Shown here: in pieces, positions 53,592-64,000 of the stretch
How the letters are laid out: each line of letters opens with the position of its first letter
How positions within the stretch are numbered: position 1 is the first letter of the stretch
DNA from: an uncultured Solirubrobacterales bacterium
GTDB lineage: Bacteria; Actinomycetota; Thermoleophilia; Solirubrobacterales; Solirubrobacteraceae
Reading direction: 5' to 3'
Assembly (NCBI GenBank): GCA_963720795.1
Contig: CAVRGU010000004.1
Coordinates: 12,423-76,422 of the forward strand
DNA length: 64,000 nt
Position numbers and translations under genes: made by a program
The notes under the pieces: generated by a model
What the model was told of the DNA's origin: nothing
What the model saw: the letters and a program-made list of their open reading frames with translations, nothing else
Databases searched by the model: none

Positions 53592-56500
53592 TCAGAGATG
53601 CAGATGCCGTCTTATGTCATCCAACCACCAGACGGGCAGCTGCAGGGAGCTCAGGTGTGCGCCCACCAAGGGAAATTGGCTGACCAACGCTGCCTTCACC
53701 ACCCAAGAGTCTCCAGTCGCGGGTGGGCCGATCTCTGCAATCAACTGCAGCGGATGGGTCTCTAACCAGCGTAGGCGCTTGAGATGCTTCTCGACGTACC
53801 CCTCAAGGGAACGTGCCTCGCGGCGCATGTCGATTGGGACGATCGACGGAGAGATGCGCTTGGCATCGAGCACCCACACCCTGCCAGAGACTCTGTCCCA
53901 GGCGAGCACGTCGAGGTCGCCTAGATCTTCTCCACGTCCTCGTTCGAGCCGCGTCCTGTCCAACTTGCGCACGTTGCGTCGTGTCTCCCAACCGAGCCTT
54001 CTGCACTCATTCTCGACGTCCTTCTCGAAGTCACGATCGAGCTGCTGACTCAAGTCTCTCACTGCTCGGCGCAAAGTGTCGCTGCAAGACAGCCGGCCCG
54101 TTGCGATCAGGTGAAGGACGTACCGTATTGTTTGTAGCGTGTGTAGCGCTCCCCACGCGAGCCGTCCGTCGGCCAACTCAACCAGTGGTCTGCGCAGGTA
54201 GGAGCGCTCTCGGTTGGCCCTCCACGGCTTGAGATCACGTGCGAGAGGATCGTAATCGTCGTGACGTGTCAGGGTCAAACTCGTAAGGAGGAGATCGACT
54301 CTCGGTGTTGGGATACGAGTGACCTCGTGCACAAGCGTTCTCACTGAGCCTGCCTCCTTGATCGCTGTCTTGTCCTCCGCCTCCTCGGCATGGTCTGAAA
54401 GTGCGCGAAGAGCGCGCATCATCTCACCAAGCGAGAACCCCCACACACGGCCCATCTCGACATCGACGGCGCCCCAAGCCGGGGCATCAAACTCCGCCGG
54501 GTCCTCGAGACGCAGCTCAGATGCCTGCCCAGGCGCATCTCTCCACCGGTCCCGATGCGCCACGAGCATCAGCGCCGACGCCGACTCGGCCAACCGACTC
54601 ATGACTGCGTCCTGAGCTACGATGACCGGGCCCTCTGTACTGACAAGGCAGCCGAGTGAAGCGCCGATCGCGACTCGCGCGGTTGCCAGGCCGGCATGCA
54701 GCGCGTCGGAGGTGGTGCCCCACTCGATAAGCGTCTCGGCAAGCGCACGGAGGCGTATCAACTGCGCGCGACTGCTCACCCTTTGGCCAGACGGTGGAGC
54801 GGCCGCTACGCGCTCGATCAGTCCCCGCAGTGCGATATTGCCATACGGATTGGTCTCAAAGTTTCCAAAGAACACCTCTGAGGATTCCGGCAACTCAGCG
54901 CGACTGGGCAACGCCGCCCCCAGCCTTTCCTCGTGGACGCAGGCGCGCTCGTACAGCCTGATCAGATCCAATAGGATCTCCGGGCGGCTGAACTCCAGTT
55001 CGTGGTCGAGAAGCGCCACCACGAGTCCGTTGATGGCGCGCAAGATCTCTTGGGCGGCGTCGTCTTGTGCACTGGCCACCTGCGTGTCCTCGAGCATATT
55101 GGCTGCGATGTCGTGGCCCACTTGGCGACGTTCGCACTCGAGGACTATCTCGGGAGGGTCGAGCTCGACGTTCACTCGCCGAACCTCCGGGTTCGGCCAG
55201 ATCATGAACGTACCACGTCCCGCCGGCACCACCTGATCGACTGCGCCCCTCAGCGACTCATCATCGATCGGGCGCATCGACGTCACCAGGCTGGCAACGA
55301 GCATCCGGTCGGCCTCGTTGTCTGCTTTGCAAAGCATGTGCAGGAAACCTTGACCTGCGAGCACCCGCGCGCCATCCCTATAGGGAGCGACGAGAAGAGT
55401 CGCGCCGGGCCGTTCGTCGAAATTGACGAGCACGCGCATCGCCACATCGACCGCCACCTCCGGCGGAGCCGCCAGCCAGCCAGCCTCAAGTAGCCGTGCG
55501 GCCCAGAACGCAGTCATCTGCGTCAGCGCCGCAAGCAAGTCATAGCGATCCTTCACCGGCGCGTTGGCCACAACCCAGCAGAACCGCCCGGGGCCGCGCG
55601 CGAGCAGGGCGAATGGGGCGAACCCTGCCTCGGCGGCGAAGATCTTCACATCGGGAGTGCCGCGCCAGCGACTGACAGTGACCCATCCGGGGGGATCGGG
55701 GCTCGGCGCCGGATGGCGGCCCGTCATGAAGCGAGCGCGCTGTTGGAGATACTCGGTGCCATCCCGAGAGAGAGCATCCATCCCGTCGGGTGTCTCGTCG
55801 AGGCGACGTATATGTCCCAGTAGATCGACTAGGTCCGCTCCGCCAACCCACGGCGGCGGCGGTGCACGCAGCAGCAGCCTCCACAGCCCCAGCGGGTCCA
55901 GGCGAAGCGCATCTCCGAGCAGGCGGAGCTCGCCCAAACTCAGCAGCCACGGTCCGAACGGCGACTCGGTCTTCTCCGGGAGCGGACAGGCGACCGATCG
56001 ACCGTCGCCGACATAGACAACCAGGCCGAGCTCGACCTGAGAGTCACGCGCGCGGTGGTCTTTCAAACGCTGCCGAGCCCGTTCCAGCTCGGCGCCGAAC
56101 CGAACCACCGGGGCGGACAATGGGTCGACCGGGGCAAGCAACAACTCCACGGCTGCGAGCTTGTCCGTGTCAAATCGCAGCAGCATCCCCGAACCCGTCT
56201 GAGCCTCCACGACCCAGTCCATGTCGGAGGCGACCCGCAGCAGGACGTTCTCCGCCCTGCGAAGCCAATCGCCCAACACCGTCATCCACATCGGTGAGCG
56301 AAGCGCGAGACCCACTGCCTGGGTGAGCGTCGCCTGATGGAGCTCGGCCGGGCTAGCCAACAGATATCGCCGACCGTCGCTGACCAGTGGCTTGAGGTGC
56401 CGATCCTCCGCCAGCGTCTCGGCAGTCGCGAGCAACCGCCGTAGATCACGCTCTCCGACAGTATTCTCCTCGAAATCCTCAAGGGTGAACTCAACGCTTG

Positions 56501-57081
56501 CACACAAGCGCTCGTACTCAGCCTCACCGGGCACGCCGATCTTCCCTTCGAGCGAGTGATCGGGCCAGCGGCAGCTGCCCAGCGCGGCACGCTCGATGAC
56601 CATGTTTGAAATCTCTGCGCCCGCCATCACCAGCCGGACCGCCGAGTAGACGTACTCGTCGGATCTGTGTTCGAGGCCAGTTATCAGCGCGTCGACCCAC
56701 AGCCCCAGGTGCAGATCCGCCGCCTCGAGAAATCCAGTCAACAATCCGAAGCGGGTCGAGAAGATCTTCCGCTTCTACGGCGGGCGGACTGTCGTAGTAA
56801 CCATCCGGCACCACCTCGCGGAGCTGTTGGCTGTCTTGGCTAGACAGCCACGAGCGCCAGTCGTCGACCTCGATCCCCTTCCCACTCTCAGCCGCCGTCG
56901 GAAGCGGTAGGGCCTGGATCAGCGCCGTAATGGCACGCACTCGATCTGCATTGGGAGCCCAGAGCGCCAAGGCCGCCGCACCGCGCACAAGCGCCCATGA
57001 TTCGAATCCCCCCAGCCCACGGGCAAAGCTGTCGTCAGGGTCGGATCGTCCGCCAGACTGCTCTCGCCCTGAGGTAATCAC
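53592..57081 (-). CDS. Large (about 1,160 aa) hypothetical protein with C-terminal PD-(D/E)xK-like domain (frameshift near 56750)
   Basis: 1050-aa ORF plus upstream frame; C-term FEKDV..LGDLDVLAWD..WVLDAK..VEKHLKR. Confidence 0.65.
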
Positions 57082-57159
57082 AACAGCAGCTCCTTCGGAT
57101 TTTCCCCTTGCGGATCTGGATGATCTGGCCGCCCAAGCGGAACTCCTCACGGAACCGCT

Positions 57160-57500
57160 CCAGCTCAATTGCTGCGATCGCGTGCAGCAGGTAGGCGCGC
57201 TCGTCCCTCACAGAGCTACGGCGTCGCATAGATGCGCTCACGCAGAAACGGGCTCACGCCTCCCTCGCTGAGCATGTCGACACATGGATACCGAGCAGAT
57301 CTTCGAGGTTCTGCCACAGGCCGACAAGGGCGACCAGGCTGCGCCCGGCTCCATCTCGACCAAGAGGTCCACATCGATCTCCGCGCCAGGCTCGCCACGC
57401 GCGATCGAGTCGAAAACGCAAACGTTACGCGCGCCGTGCTCGGCCGCATACCCCAGGATCTCCTCCCGGCGGGCGGAGCCAACGAAGATCGAGTTGAGCG
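57160..57500 (-). pseudogene. Frameshifted MNT gene plus first codons of a HEPN toxin
   Basis: REEILGYAAEHGARNVCVFDSIARGE..DVDLLVEMEPG (paralog of 49571-49879); overlapping GTG 57211 VRDERAYLLHAIAAIE, then truncated. Confidence 0.75.
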
Positions 57501-57549
57501 GATTCGGTCTCCATTGAACGGCAACGACCCTGTTGCTGACAGATCGCAA

Positions 57550-57623
57550 TCGGGGCGACTGGATTCGAACCAGCGACCTCTCGCTCCCAAAGCGAGTGCG
57601 CTACCAGGCTGCGCCACGCCCCG
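57550..57623 (-). tRNA. tRNA-Pro(TGG)
   Basis: CGGGGCGTGGCGCAGCCTGGTAGCGCACTCGCTTTGGGAGCGAGAGGTCGCTGGTTCGAATCCAGTCGCCCCGA folds as a cloverleaf; no encoded CCA. Confidence 0.96.
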
Positions 57624-57670
57624 GACTCCTAACCAGTCTACTGCCATTCGCTTCGTCGTTTGGGCCATTG

Positions 57671-57684
57671 CGAACATATGTTCC
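57671..57684. promoter_or_regulatory. LexA (SOS) box
   Basis: CGAACATATGTTCC matches Gram-positive CGAAC-N4-GTTCG at 13 of 14 positions. Confidence 0.65.
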
Positions 57685-57826
57685 CAAACGCTGCGGACGG
57701 GTGTCTGCTCTTTGGTGTCCACCGCGCCGCTCCCAACCAAAACACCCATCAGCGCCCGCCCGCTGGCCGAAACGGGGATGCGAGCGACGCGAGTGTCTCC
57801 CGGCTTCGGTAGGGTCCCGCCCCGCG

Positions 57827-59131
57827 ATGGCTGACGTTCAACCCCTCCAAGCGCTGCACTATGACCTCTCCGTCGTGGGAACCCTCGGCGATGTGGTTGC
57901 GCCTCCCTACGACGTGATCGACGCTGAGCAGCGGGCCGCACTGATTGCGCGCTCGCCGTTCAATGTGGTCGCGGTGGATCTCCCCCGGACGCCCGCCGCC
58001 GGCAAGGGCGGCGCCGACGGGCAGGAGAGCCTTGAGAGCGAGCGCGCCGACCCCTACCGGGCCGCCGGGGAGCTGTTTGAGAGCTGGCAGCTGCAGGGCG
58101 CCGTCGTGCGCGACTCGGAGCCCGCGGTGTGGGCGCACACGCAGCGATACACGGGTCCCGACGGGGTCGAGCAGACCCGGCGCGGGTTCTTCTGCCGGGT
58201 GCGCATCGAGGAGTACGGGCCGGGGCGGGTGCGCCCGCACGAGCGTACGCATCCGGGGCCGAAGGAGGACCGCCTGCGCTTGACGCGCGCCACGCGCGCG
58301 AACATGTCGCCGATCTTCTCGCTCTACTCCGACCCCGCGGGCGCCGCGTGGGAGGCGCTTGCACCGGCCACCGCGCAGGCTCCGTGGGGGGAGGCGACCG
58401 ACGCGCAGGGCACCGTCCACCGCCTGTGGCGGGTCGCGGACGAGCGGGTGGTCGCTGCGGTGCAGGGGGCCGCGCGCGACTCCGAGCTGCTGATCGCCGA
58501 CGGCCACCACCGCTACGAGACCGCGCGCGCCTACGCCGAGGAGGTGGGCGGGGAGGGCGATCACCGCTACGTGCTGATGTGCCTGGTCGCGCTGGAGGAC
58601 CCCGGGTTGACGGTGTTCCCCACGCACCGTCTCGTGCGGGGCCTTGACGCCGCGCGCTGGGAGGCGCTGGAGGCGGCGCTGGGTCGGGACTTCGAGGTCG
58701 CGGAGGTGCCGGCGCAGGAGCTCGCGCCGCAGCCCGGGACGGGACCGCTGCAGCTCGGCTACATCGACTCCGACGCCAAGCGCCCGCTGCGCCTGACGCT
58801 CAAGGACCAGGCGATCGCCGACGCCGTCCTGCCGGGACACTCCGAGGCTTACCGGCGCCTGGACACGGGGGTGCTCGAGGCGCTGCTGCTGAAGGGCGCG
58901 CTGGGGCTCTCCGACGAGGACATCTCGCACCTGCACGACTTCCGCTACGCCCGCGACGCCGGCGAGGCGCTCGAGCTGGTGCAGGCGGGCGAGTACGACG
59001 TCGCCTTCCTGTTGCGCCCTACCCCGGTGGCGCAGGTCAGAGACGTGGCGGGCGCCGGCGAGAACATGCCGCCGAAGTCGACCTTCTTCTTCCCCAAGTT
59101 GCTCACCGGTCTGCTGTTCAACCCTCTGTAG
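57827..59131 (+). CDS. DUF1015 family protein
   Basis: APPYDVI, PHERT, IADGHHRYETA, MPPKSTFFFPKLLTGL. Confidence 0.9.
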   Translation: MADVQPLQALHYDLSVVGTLGDVVAPPYDVIDAEQRAALIARSPFNVVAVDLPRTPAAGKGGADGQESLESERADPYRAAGELFESWQLQGAVVRDSEPAVWAHTQRYTGPDGVEQTRRGFFCRVRIEEYGPGRVRPHERTHPGPKEDRLRLTRATRANMSPIFSLYSDPAGAAWEALAPATAQAPWGEATDAQGTVHRLWRVADERVVAAVQGAARDSELLIADGHHRYETARAYAEEVGGEGDHRYVLMCLVALEDPGLTVFPTHRLVRGLDAARWEALEAALGRDFEVAEVPAQELAPQPGTGPLQLGYIDSDAKRPLRLTLKDQAIADAVLPGHSEAYRRLDTGVLEALLLKGALGLSDEDISHLHDFRYARDAGEALELVQAGEYDVAFLLRPTPVAQVRDVAGAGENMPPKSTFFFPKLLTGLLFNPL

Positions 59132-59337
59132 CCCCCTCGTCCGGCCTCGGACGGCCGGCCGGGTCCCCCGCGGGGGAGGAGGAGGTGGGGTACGCTGCCG
59201 GCCGGCCGGCAGCGGGGGGGCGAGGAGGCGTGGTTCAACCCTGGACCAGCGGCCTTACACAACTACCATCTGTATGAGGGGCCGGAGGGGTGGCACAAGC
59301 AGGTGAGATCGCAAGATCGGATCGGAGGCGCAGAACC

Positions 59338-59754
59338 ATGAAGGCGACAGCGAAGCGTAACGACGGATCGTTCAAGCACAACGTGCGGGTGCGCGAGCAC
59401 CAGCTCACGGTCGACGAGTGCGTGGCGGCAGGCGGCGAGGATGCCGGGCCCGACCCCCAGGAGCTGCTGGCGGCGAGCCTGGCCTCGTGCACGGCGATCA
59501 CGATGGAGATGTACGCGGATCGCAAGGGCTGGGAGATCGGGGAGGTGGAGGTCGAGGTGCAGTACACCCCTGCTGAGCGCGGCTGCCCGACACGGTTCGA
59601 GCTCGTGCTGCGGCTCCCGGAGGAGATGCCCGCCGAGCAGGTGGAGCGGATGCGGGTGATCGCCGCGAAGTGCCCTGTGCACCGCACGCTCGACGGCGAG
59701 GTCATGTTCGAGGAACGGCTCGAGCGGCTTGCCGCGCTGCAGGCGGCGTCCTGA
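59338..59754 (+). CDS. OsmC family protein
   Basis: GPDPQELLAASLASCTAITMEMYADRKGW..KCPVHRTL. Confidence 0.9.
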   Translation: MKATAKRNDGSFKHNVRVREHQLTVDECVAAGGEDAGPDPQELLAASLASCTAITMEMYADRKGWEIGEVEVEVQYTPAERGCPTRFELVLRLPEEMPAEQVERMRVIAAKCPVHRTLDGEVMFEERLERLAALQAAS

Positions 59755-60293
59755 GCGAGGCCCCGGACCAGATCTCTGCGGCGGTGCTGGTGCCGCTGTT
59801 CCTCGACGGGGGCGCGGAGCCCCACGCGGTCCTCACGCGTCGCCGCGCCGACCTGCGCCGTCACGCGGGGGAGATCTCCTTCCCCGGCGGCCGGCGGGAC
59901 CCGGAGGACGCCGACCTGCGCGAGACCGCTCTACGCGAGGCCGAGGAGGAGATTGGCCTAGCGCGCGCGGAGGTCTCCGTGCGGGGGGAGCTGCCGCCGG
60001 TCTCGACATTCGTGACCGGCTACCTAATCCACCCTTTCGTGGGGCTGATCCCTGCTGGCCGATCTCCGATCGGTCGGCGCTGGCAGGCATCCCCCAGCGA
60101 GGTGGACGCGGTGCTCGAGCTCCCGCTGGGCGCCCTGCGGGAGGGCCGGACACGAACGCACCTGGAGCGCCGCGGGTTCTCGTTTGAGACCGACGCTTAC
60201 ATTGTCGGCGACCACCTCATCTGGGGCGCCACCGCGCGGATCCTGGACGACCTCTTCGAGCGCCTCGACGGCTTTCTGGCGACCGCTCCTTAG
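59670..60293 (+). CDS. Nudix CoA pyrophosphatase (start probably near 59750)
   Basis: AAVLVPL, LTRR..HAGEISFPGGRRD..ALREAEEEIGL, IWGATA. Confidence 0.9.
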   Translation: MPCAPHARRRGHVRGTARAACRAAGGVLSEAPDQISAAVLVPLFLDGGAEPHAVLTRRRADLRRHAGEISFPGGRRDPEDADLRETALREAEEEIGLARAEVSVRGELPPVSTFVTGYLIHPFVGLIPAGRSPIGRRWQASPSEVDAVLELPLGALREGRTRTHLERRGFSFETDAYIVGDHLIWGATARILDDLFERLDGFLATAP

Positions 60294-60346
60294 GGTCCAC
60301 AACAAGTGGGTGGCAGGGGTCGGCCCCCCTCGGCCGTCGTGGAGAC

Positions 60347-60838
60347 CTACGCGAGCAGCGAGGCCACTGCCGCACGCGCCTGCACCAGCCACCGCGGCAC
60401 GTCCTCGGGGTCGGCGCGCACGATGGCGAGCGGTACCGCGTTCTCGTGCGCCGTGGCGCTGACGATCCGCTCTCCCTCGGCGAGCGCCGCGGCGGGCACG
60501 GAGGAGCCGGCGGCCTCGTAGAGCAAGCCGCGCACGGTGGTGTCCATCACGTGCCCCACGAACGCGCGCAGGCGGGCGCCGTGCAGGGCGCGCAGCTGCT
60601 CCTCGGGGCCGGTGGCGGTGCCGAGCAGCCAGCAGGCGATCGCGACGCCCTCGAGCGCTCCGCGCAGCGTGCCGAGGCGGTCGGGGTCGCCGATCCAGCA
60701 CTCCGCGCCGGCCGCCTCGATCGGGCCGCGGCGGGCCTCGACCCGGGTGGTGACGCGCACCGCGTGGCCCTGCTGCCCGGCCTCCCGCGCCAGTTGCAGG
60801 CCGCGGCAGCCGCCCCCGACGATCAGTAGTCGCGCCAC
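60347..60838 (-). CDS. Short NAD(P)-binding Rossmann-fold protein
   Basis: LLIVGGGCRG..GHAVRVTTR, GDPDRLGTL. Confidence 0.65.
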   Translation of the reverse strand: MARLLIVGGGCRGLQLAREAGQQGHAVRVTTRVEARRGPIEAAGAECWIGDPDRLGTLRGALEGVAIACWLLGTATGPEEQLRALHGARLRAFVGHVMDTTVRGLLYEAAGSSVPAAALAEGERIVSATAHENAVPLAIVRADPEDVPRWLVQARAAVASLLA

Positions 60839-60945
60839 CGGGCGGAGCGTACGGGGGTTCGCCGGTGCAGGCGTCGGGCTTAGGGCCACCCTTACCACCG
60901 GGAGGTTCGCCGCGGGGGGTTCGCGGCTCGCCACCCGGCGATTCG

Positions 60946-61076
60946 GGTGGGGGCCGGGCTCATCCCGACCCCCACCGCACCACCGGCACTGAGCGGCTCG
61001 TCGTGCCGGGGCTTGCTCGAGCGCCACCGGAGAGGTATGGGTAGCGGCGCTCGAGCAAGCCCCGGCAGTGCCGGTG
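60946..61076. repeat. Nested long inverted repeats plus adjacent hairpin
   Basis: 22-bp IR 61004-61025/61046-61067; 11-bp IR 60981-60991/61066-61076; 13-bp hairpin 60946-60976. Confidence 0.8.
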
Positions 61077-61300
61077 CTCAGCCATCCTTGGCTCCTGCTT
61101 CTGCCTGTCCCTCGACACTCTGTGTGCCGTCCTCCAAATGAAAACACAAAATGCGATGCTTGTCAAGGAGGATATGTCAAAAGAAGTTTTTTTGGTGCCT
61201 TGGCCCACGCGGCGTCGGTGCCCTACCCCCTGCGACACCACCGTCTCCCCACGCTCGAATACCATCCGGCAGCGATGACCGACCACCCCTTCAAGCCACG

Positions 61301-62754
61301 GTGACCACACGATGACCAGCCCTCCCCCCAGCCCGAGCCGAGCGGCACAGACGAGGCCGGCGAGGCCGCGCGCGCGGCGGAGGTCGTGACGATGGACAAG
61401 ATCGTGGCGCTGTGCAAGCGCCGCGGCTTCATCTTCCCCTCCTCGGAGATCTACGGCGGGGTGGGCTCGACCTACGACTTCGGCCACTACGGGGTGCTGC
61501 TGAAGGGCAACGTCAAGGGCGAGTGGTGGCGCGCGCATGCTCTCAGGAGCGCGAGGACATCGTGGCGCTCGACTCGGCGATCCTGCAGCACCCGCGCGTG
61601 TGGGAGGCCTCGGGGCACCTCGCGGGCTTCACCGACCCGCTGGTGGACTGCCGCACCTGCGGGCAGCGCTTCCGCGCCGACCACCTCGGGGACCTGGCGT
61701 GCGGGCGCAAACCCTCCAAGCACCCCGGGGAGACCGAGGAGTGCGACCTCACCGAGCGCGCGCGACTTCAACCTGATGTTCGAGACGACGATCGGGCCCG
61801 TCAAGGAGTCCGGCGCCACCGCCTACCTGCGCCCCGAGACCGCGCAGGGGATCTTCATCAACTTCAAGAACGTCCTGCAGTTCTCCCGCAAGCGGCCCCC
61901 CTTCGGGATCGCCCAGATCGGCAAGTCCTTCCGCAACGAGATCACTCCCGGCAACTTCATCTTCCGCACGCGCGAGTTCGAGCAGATGGAGATGGAGTAC
62001 TTCGTGCCGCCCGCCGACGCCCAGCGATGGTTCGAGCACTGGCTCGGCGAGCGGATGCGCTGGTACACCGAGCTCGGCCTGCGCCCCGACCACCTGCGCC
62101 TGCGCGCGCACGACCCCGACGAGCTCTCGCACTACTCCTCGGGCACCTCCGACGTCGAGTACCTCTTCCCGATCGGCTGGTCGGAGCTGGAGGGGATCGC
62201 CAACCGCGGCGACTTCGACCTCACCCAGCACGCCCAGTTCTCCGGGGAGAAGCTCGAGTACTTCGACCAGGCCACCGGCGAGCGCTACGTGCCGCACGTG
62301 ATCGAGCCGGCCGCGGGGGCCGACCGGGCGACGCTTGCGTTCATGGTGGACGCCTACGACGAGGAAGTCGTCGCGCGCGAGGGCGCCGGCGAGGGCGAGC
62401 GCCGCACCGTGCTGCGCCTGCACCCGCGCCTGGCGCCGGTGAAGGTGGCGGTGCTGCCGCTGGTCAACAAGGACGGCCAGCCGGAGCTGGCGCGCGAGGT
62501 GTACCGCGCGGTGCGCGAGCTGGTGCAGGCCGAGTACGACGACGGCGGGGCGATCGGCAAGCGCTACCGCCGCCAGGACGAGATCGGCACGCCGTTCTGC
62601 GTGACCGTCGACCACGAGAGCGTCGCAGGACGGCACGGTCACGGTGCGCGACCGCGACTCGCTGACGCAGGAGCGCCTGCCCATGGAGGGTCTCGCGCAG
62701 GAGCTTCAGCGGCGTGTCCAGGCGCCGTGGACGACGCCCAAGCTGGCGGGTTGA
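61301..62754 (+). CDS. glyQS: Glycine--tRNA ligase, homodimeric type (frameshifted; start uncertain)
   Basis: [62 protein letters not shown]. Confidence 0.95.
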
Positions 62755-62904
62755 CGGTGGTGGGTTTGGTGCGCATCCGCGCGGCGCTGCACCTCAAGGG
62801 GCGGGCGGGGGCGGGGCTTCCGTGCCCCGCCCCCACGGCAGCAGCAGCCGACGAGCGGCAAACTACCCAGCGAAACTGCCTGGCAGATCGCAAAAAGGAG
62901 CGAC

Positions 62905-64000
62905 ATGGACTTCGACCTGACCGACGAGCAGCGCCTGATCCGCGACACCGCGCGCGAGTTCACCGACAGGGAGATCGTCGAGCGCACGCGCGAAAACGCC
63001 CGCAACCACCACTTCGACCTAGACCTCGTCAAGAAGGTCGCCGCGCAGGGCTACCTCGGCGCGATCGTCCCCCCGAGTACGGCGGCGCCGGCCTCGACTA
63101 CTTCAGCTACGGCCTCGTGGTCGAGGAGATCGGCCGCGGCGACTCCGCGATCCGCACGGTGATCTCGGTCCAGACCTCGCTCGTCTGCTCTGGCATCGTC
63201 AAGTTCGCCACCGAGGCGCAGAAGCACAAGTACCTGCCGAAGCTATGCTCGGGCGAGTGGCTCGGGTGCTTCGCGCTGACCGAGCCGGACACGGGCTCGG
63301 ACGCGGCCAACCAGAAGACGCGCGCGCACAAGACCGACTCCGGCTGGGTGCTCAACGGCGCGAAGATGTGGATCTCGATGGGCAACTACGCGAAGGTCGC
63401 GATGATCTTCGCCCAGACCGACCCGGCGCTCGGACACAAGGGCATCGCGTGCTTCCTCGTCGACACCGACCAGCCCGGCTACTCCGCGCAGACGATCGAG
63501 CACAAGATGGGCCTGCACGCCTCCGACACCGCCTCGATCTCACTCGAAGACGTCGAGGTCGCGGACGAGGACATGCTCGGCGAGGTCGGCGACGGCTTCA
63601 AAATCGCGATGTCGAACCTCGACTCCGGGCGCTACTCCGTGGCCGCCGGCTGCGTCGGGATCTGCCGGGGCTGCGTCGAGGCGTCGGTCGCCTACGCCAA
63701 GGAGCGCGAGCAGTTCGGCGGCCGATCGCCTCCTTCCAGCTCGTGCAGGCGATGATCGCCGACATGGTCCTGAAGACCGACGCCTCGCGGATGCTCGTCT
63801 GGCGCGCCGGGTGGCTCAAGGACCAGGGCCGACCGAACACCCTGGAGACCTCGATCGCCAAGCTCCACGCGACCGAGGCCTCGCTGGAGTGCGCGAACCT
63901 CGCGATCCAGATCCACGGCGGCGCCGGCTACGTCGACGACCACCCCGTCGAGCGCTACTTCCGTGACGCGCGCGTCACGACCCTCTACGAGGGGACCTCG
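62905..64000 (+). CDS. Acyl-CoA dehydrogenase (frameshifted, runs off window)
   Basis: MDFDLTDEQ, GCFALTEPDTGSD, LNGAKMWI, KMGLHAS, REQFG, YFRDARVTTLYEGT. Confidence 0.93.

Larger units (their letters stand above)
47669..57578. mobile_element. Genomic island integrated at tRNA-Pro(TGG); accessory region extends left to about 45425
   Basis: About 30-bp att direct repeats, visibly lower GC, TA/defence cargo, integrase just outside the left repeat. Confidence 0.8.

Noticed and set aside
61200..61390. T-box leader upstream of glyQS
   Set aside because: No T-box core (GGTGGnACCGCG) or specifier stem recognised on the plus strand.
61386..63755. Apparent 789-aa GlyRS/acyl-CoA dehydrogenase fusion ORF
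   Set aside because: Produced by indels; glyQS has its own stop near 62754 and the dehydrogenase has its own RBS and ATG at 62905.

Overview
Very GC-rich chromosomal window, most likely from an actinobacterium of the Thermoleophilia/Solirubrobacterales type (inferred from gene style, glyQS-type GlyRS and a GAAC-N4-GTTC SOS box). Frameshifts at 1-11.5 kb and 61.4-64 kb hit essential genes and look like assembly indels. Layout: (1) start of the dcw cluster (mraZ-rsmH-ftsL-ftsI, minus), a DUF3352-type lipoprotein, an APC-USP permease, a degenerate Rho-like gene, folP, glpD, a trypsin-like protease and pntAA/AB/B. (2) Five abutting CATG-centred palindromes with about 24-bp periodicity between pntA and a PduO-type adenosyltransferase. 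(3) A cobalamin-riboswitch operon: two DUF4430 proteins plus ECF T, A and S components, the S component fused to prenyltransferase-like repeats. (4) A tandem pair of P-loop ATPase-like genes. (5) A 12-kb ECF-sigma-led, Gram-positive-type T4SS-like operon (TcpC/VirB8, pilin-like, TcpE, VirB4, VirB6-like, SLT+NlpC/P60) with no relaxase, coupling protein or integrase in view, interrupted by a DUF433/DUF5615 TA pair and an AT-rich secreted-protein gene. (6) yihY, lon, an HxlR regulator. (7) A 12-kb TA/defence island at the 3' end of tRNA-Pro(TGG), with 3' fragments of three other tRNAs, a tyrosine integrase, AbiE, MNT, a nuclease-like gene split by IS481, Fic/VbhA and a roughly 1,160-aa protein with a C-terminal PD-(D/E)xK-like motif. 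(8) DUF1015, OsmC, Nudix, glyQS and an acyl-CoA dehydrogenase. No CRISPR array or rRNA seen. All family assignments come from recognising motifs by eye; no searches were run.
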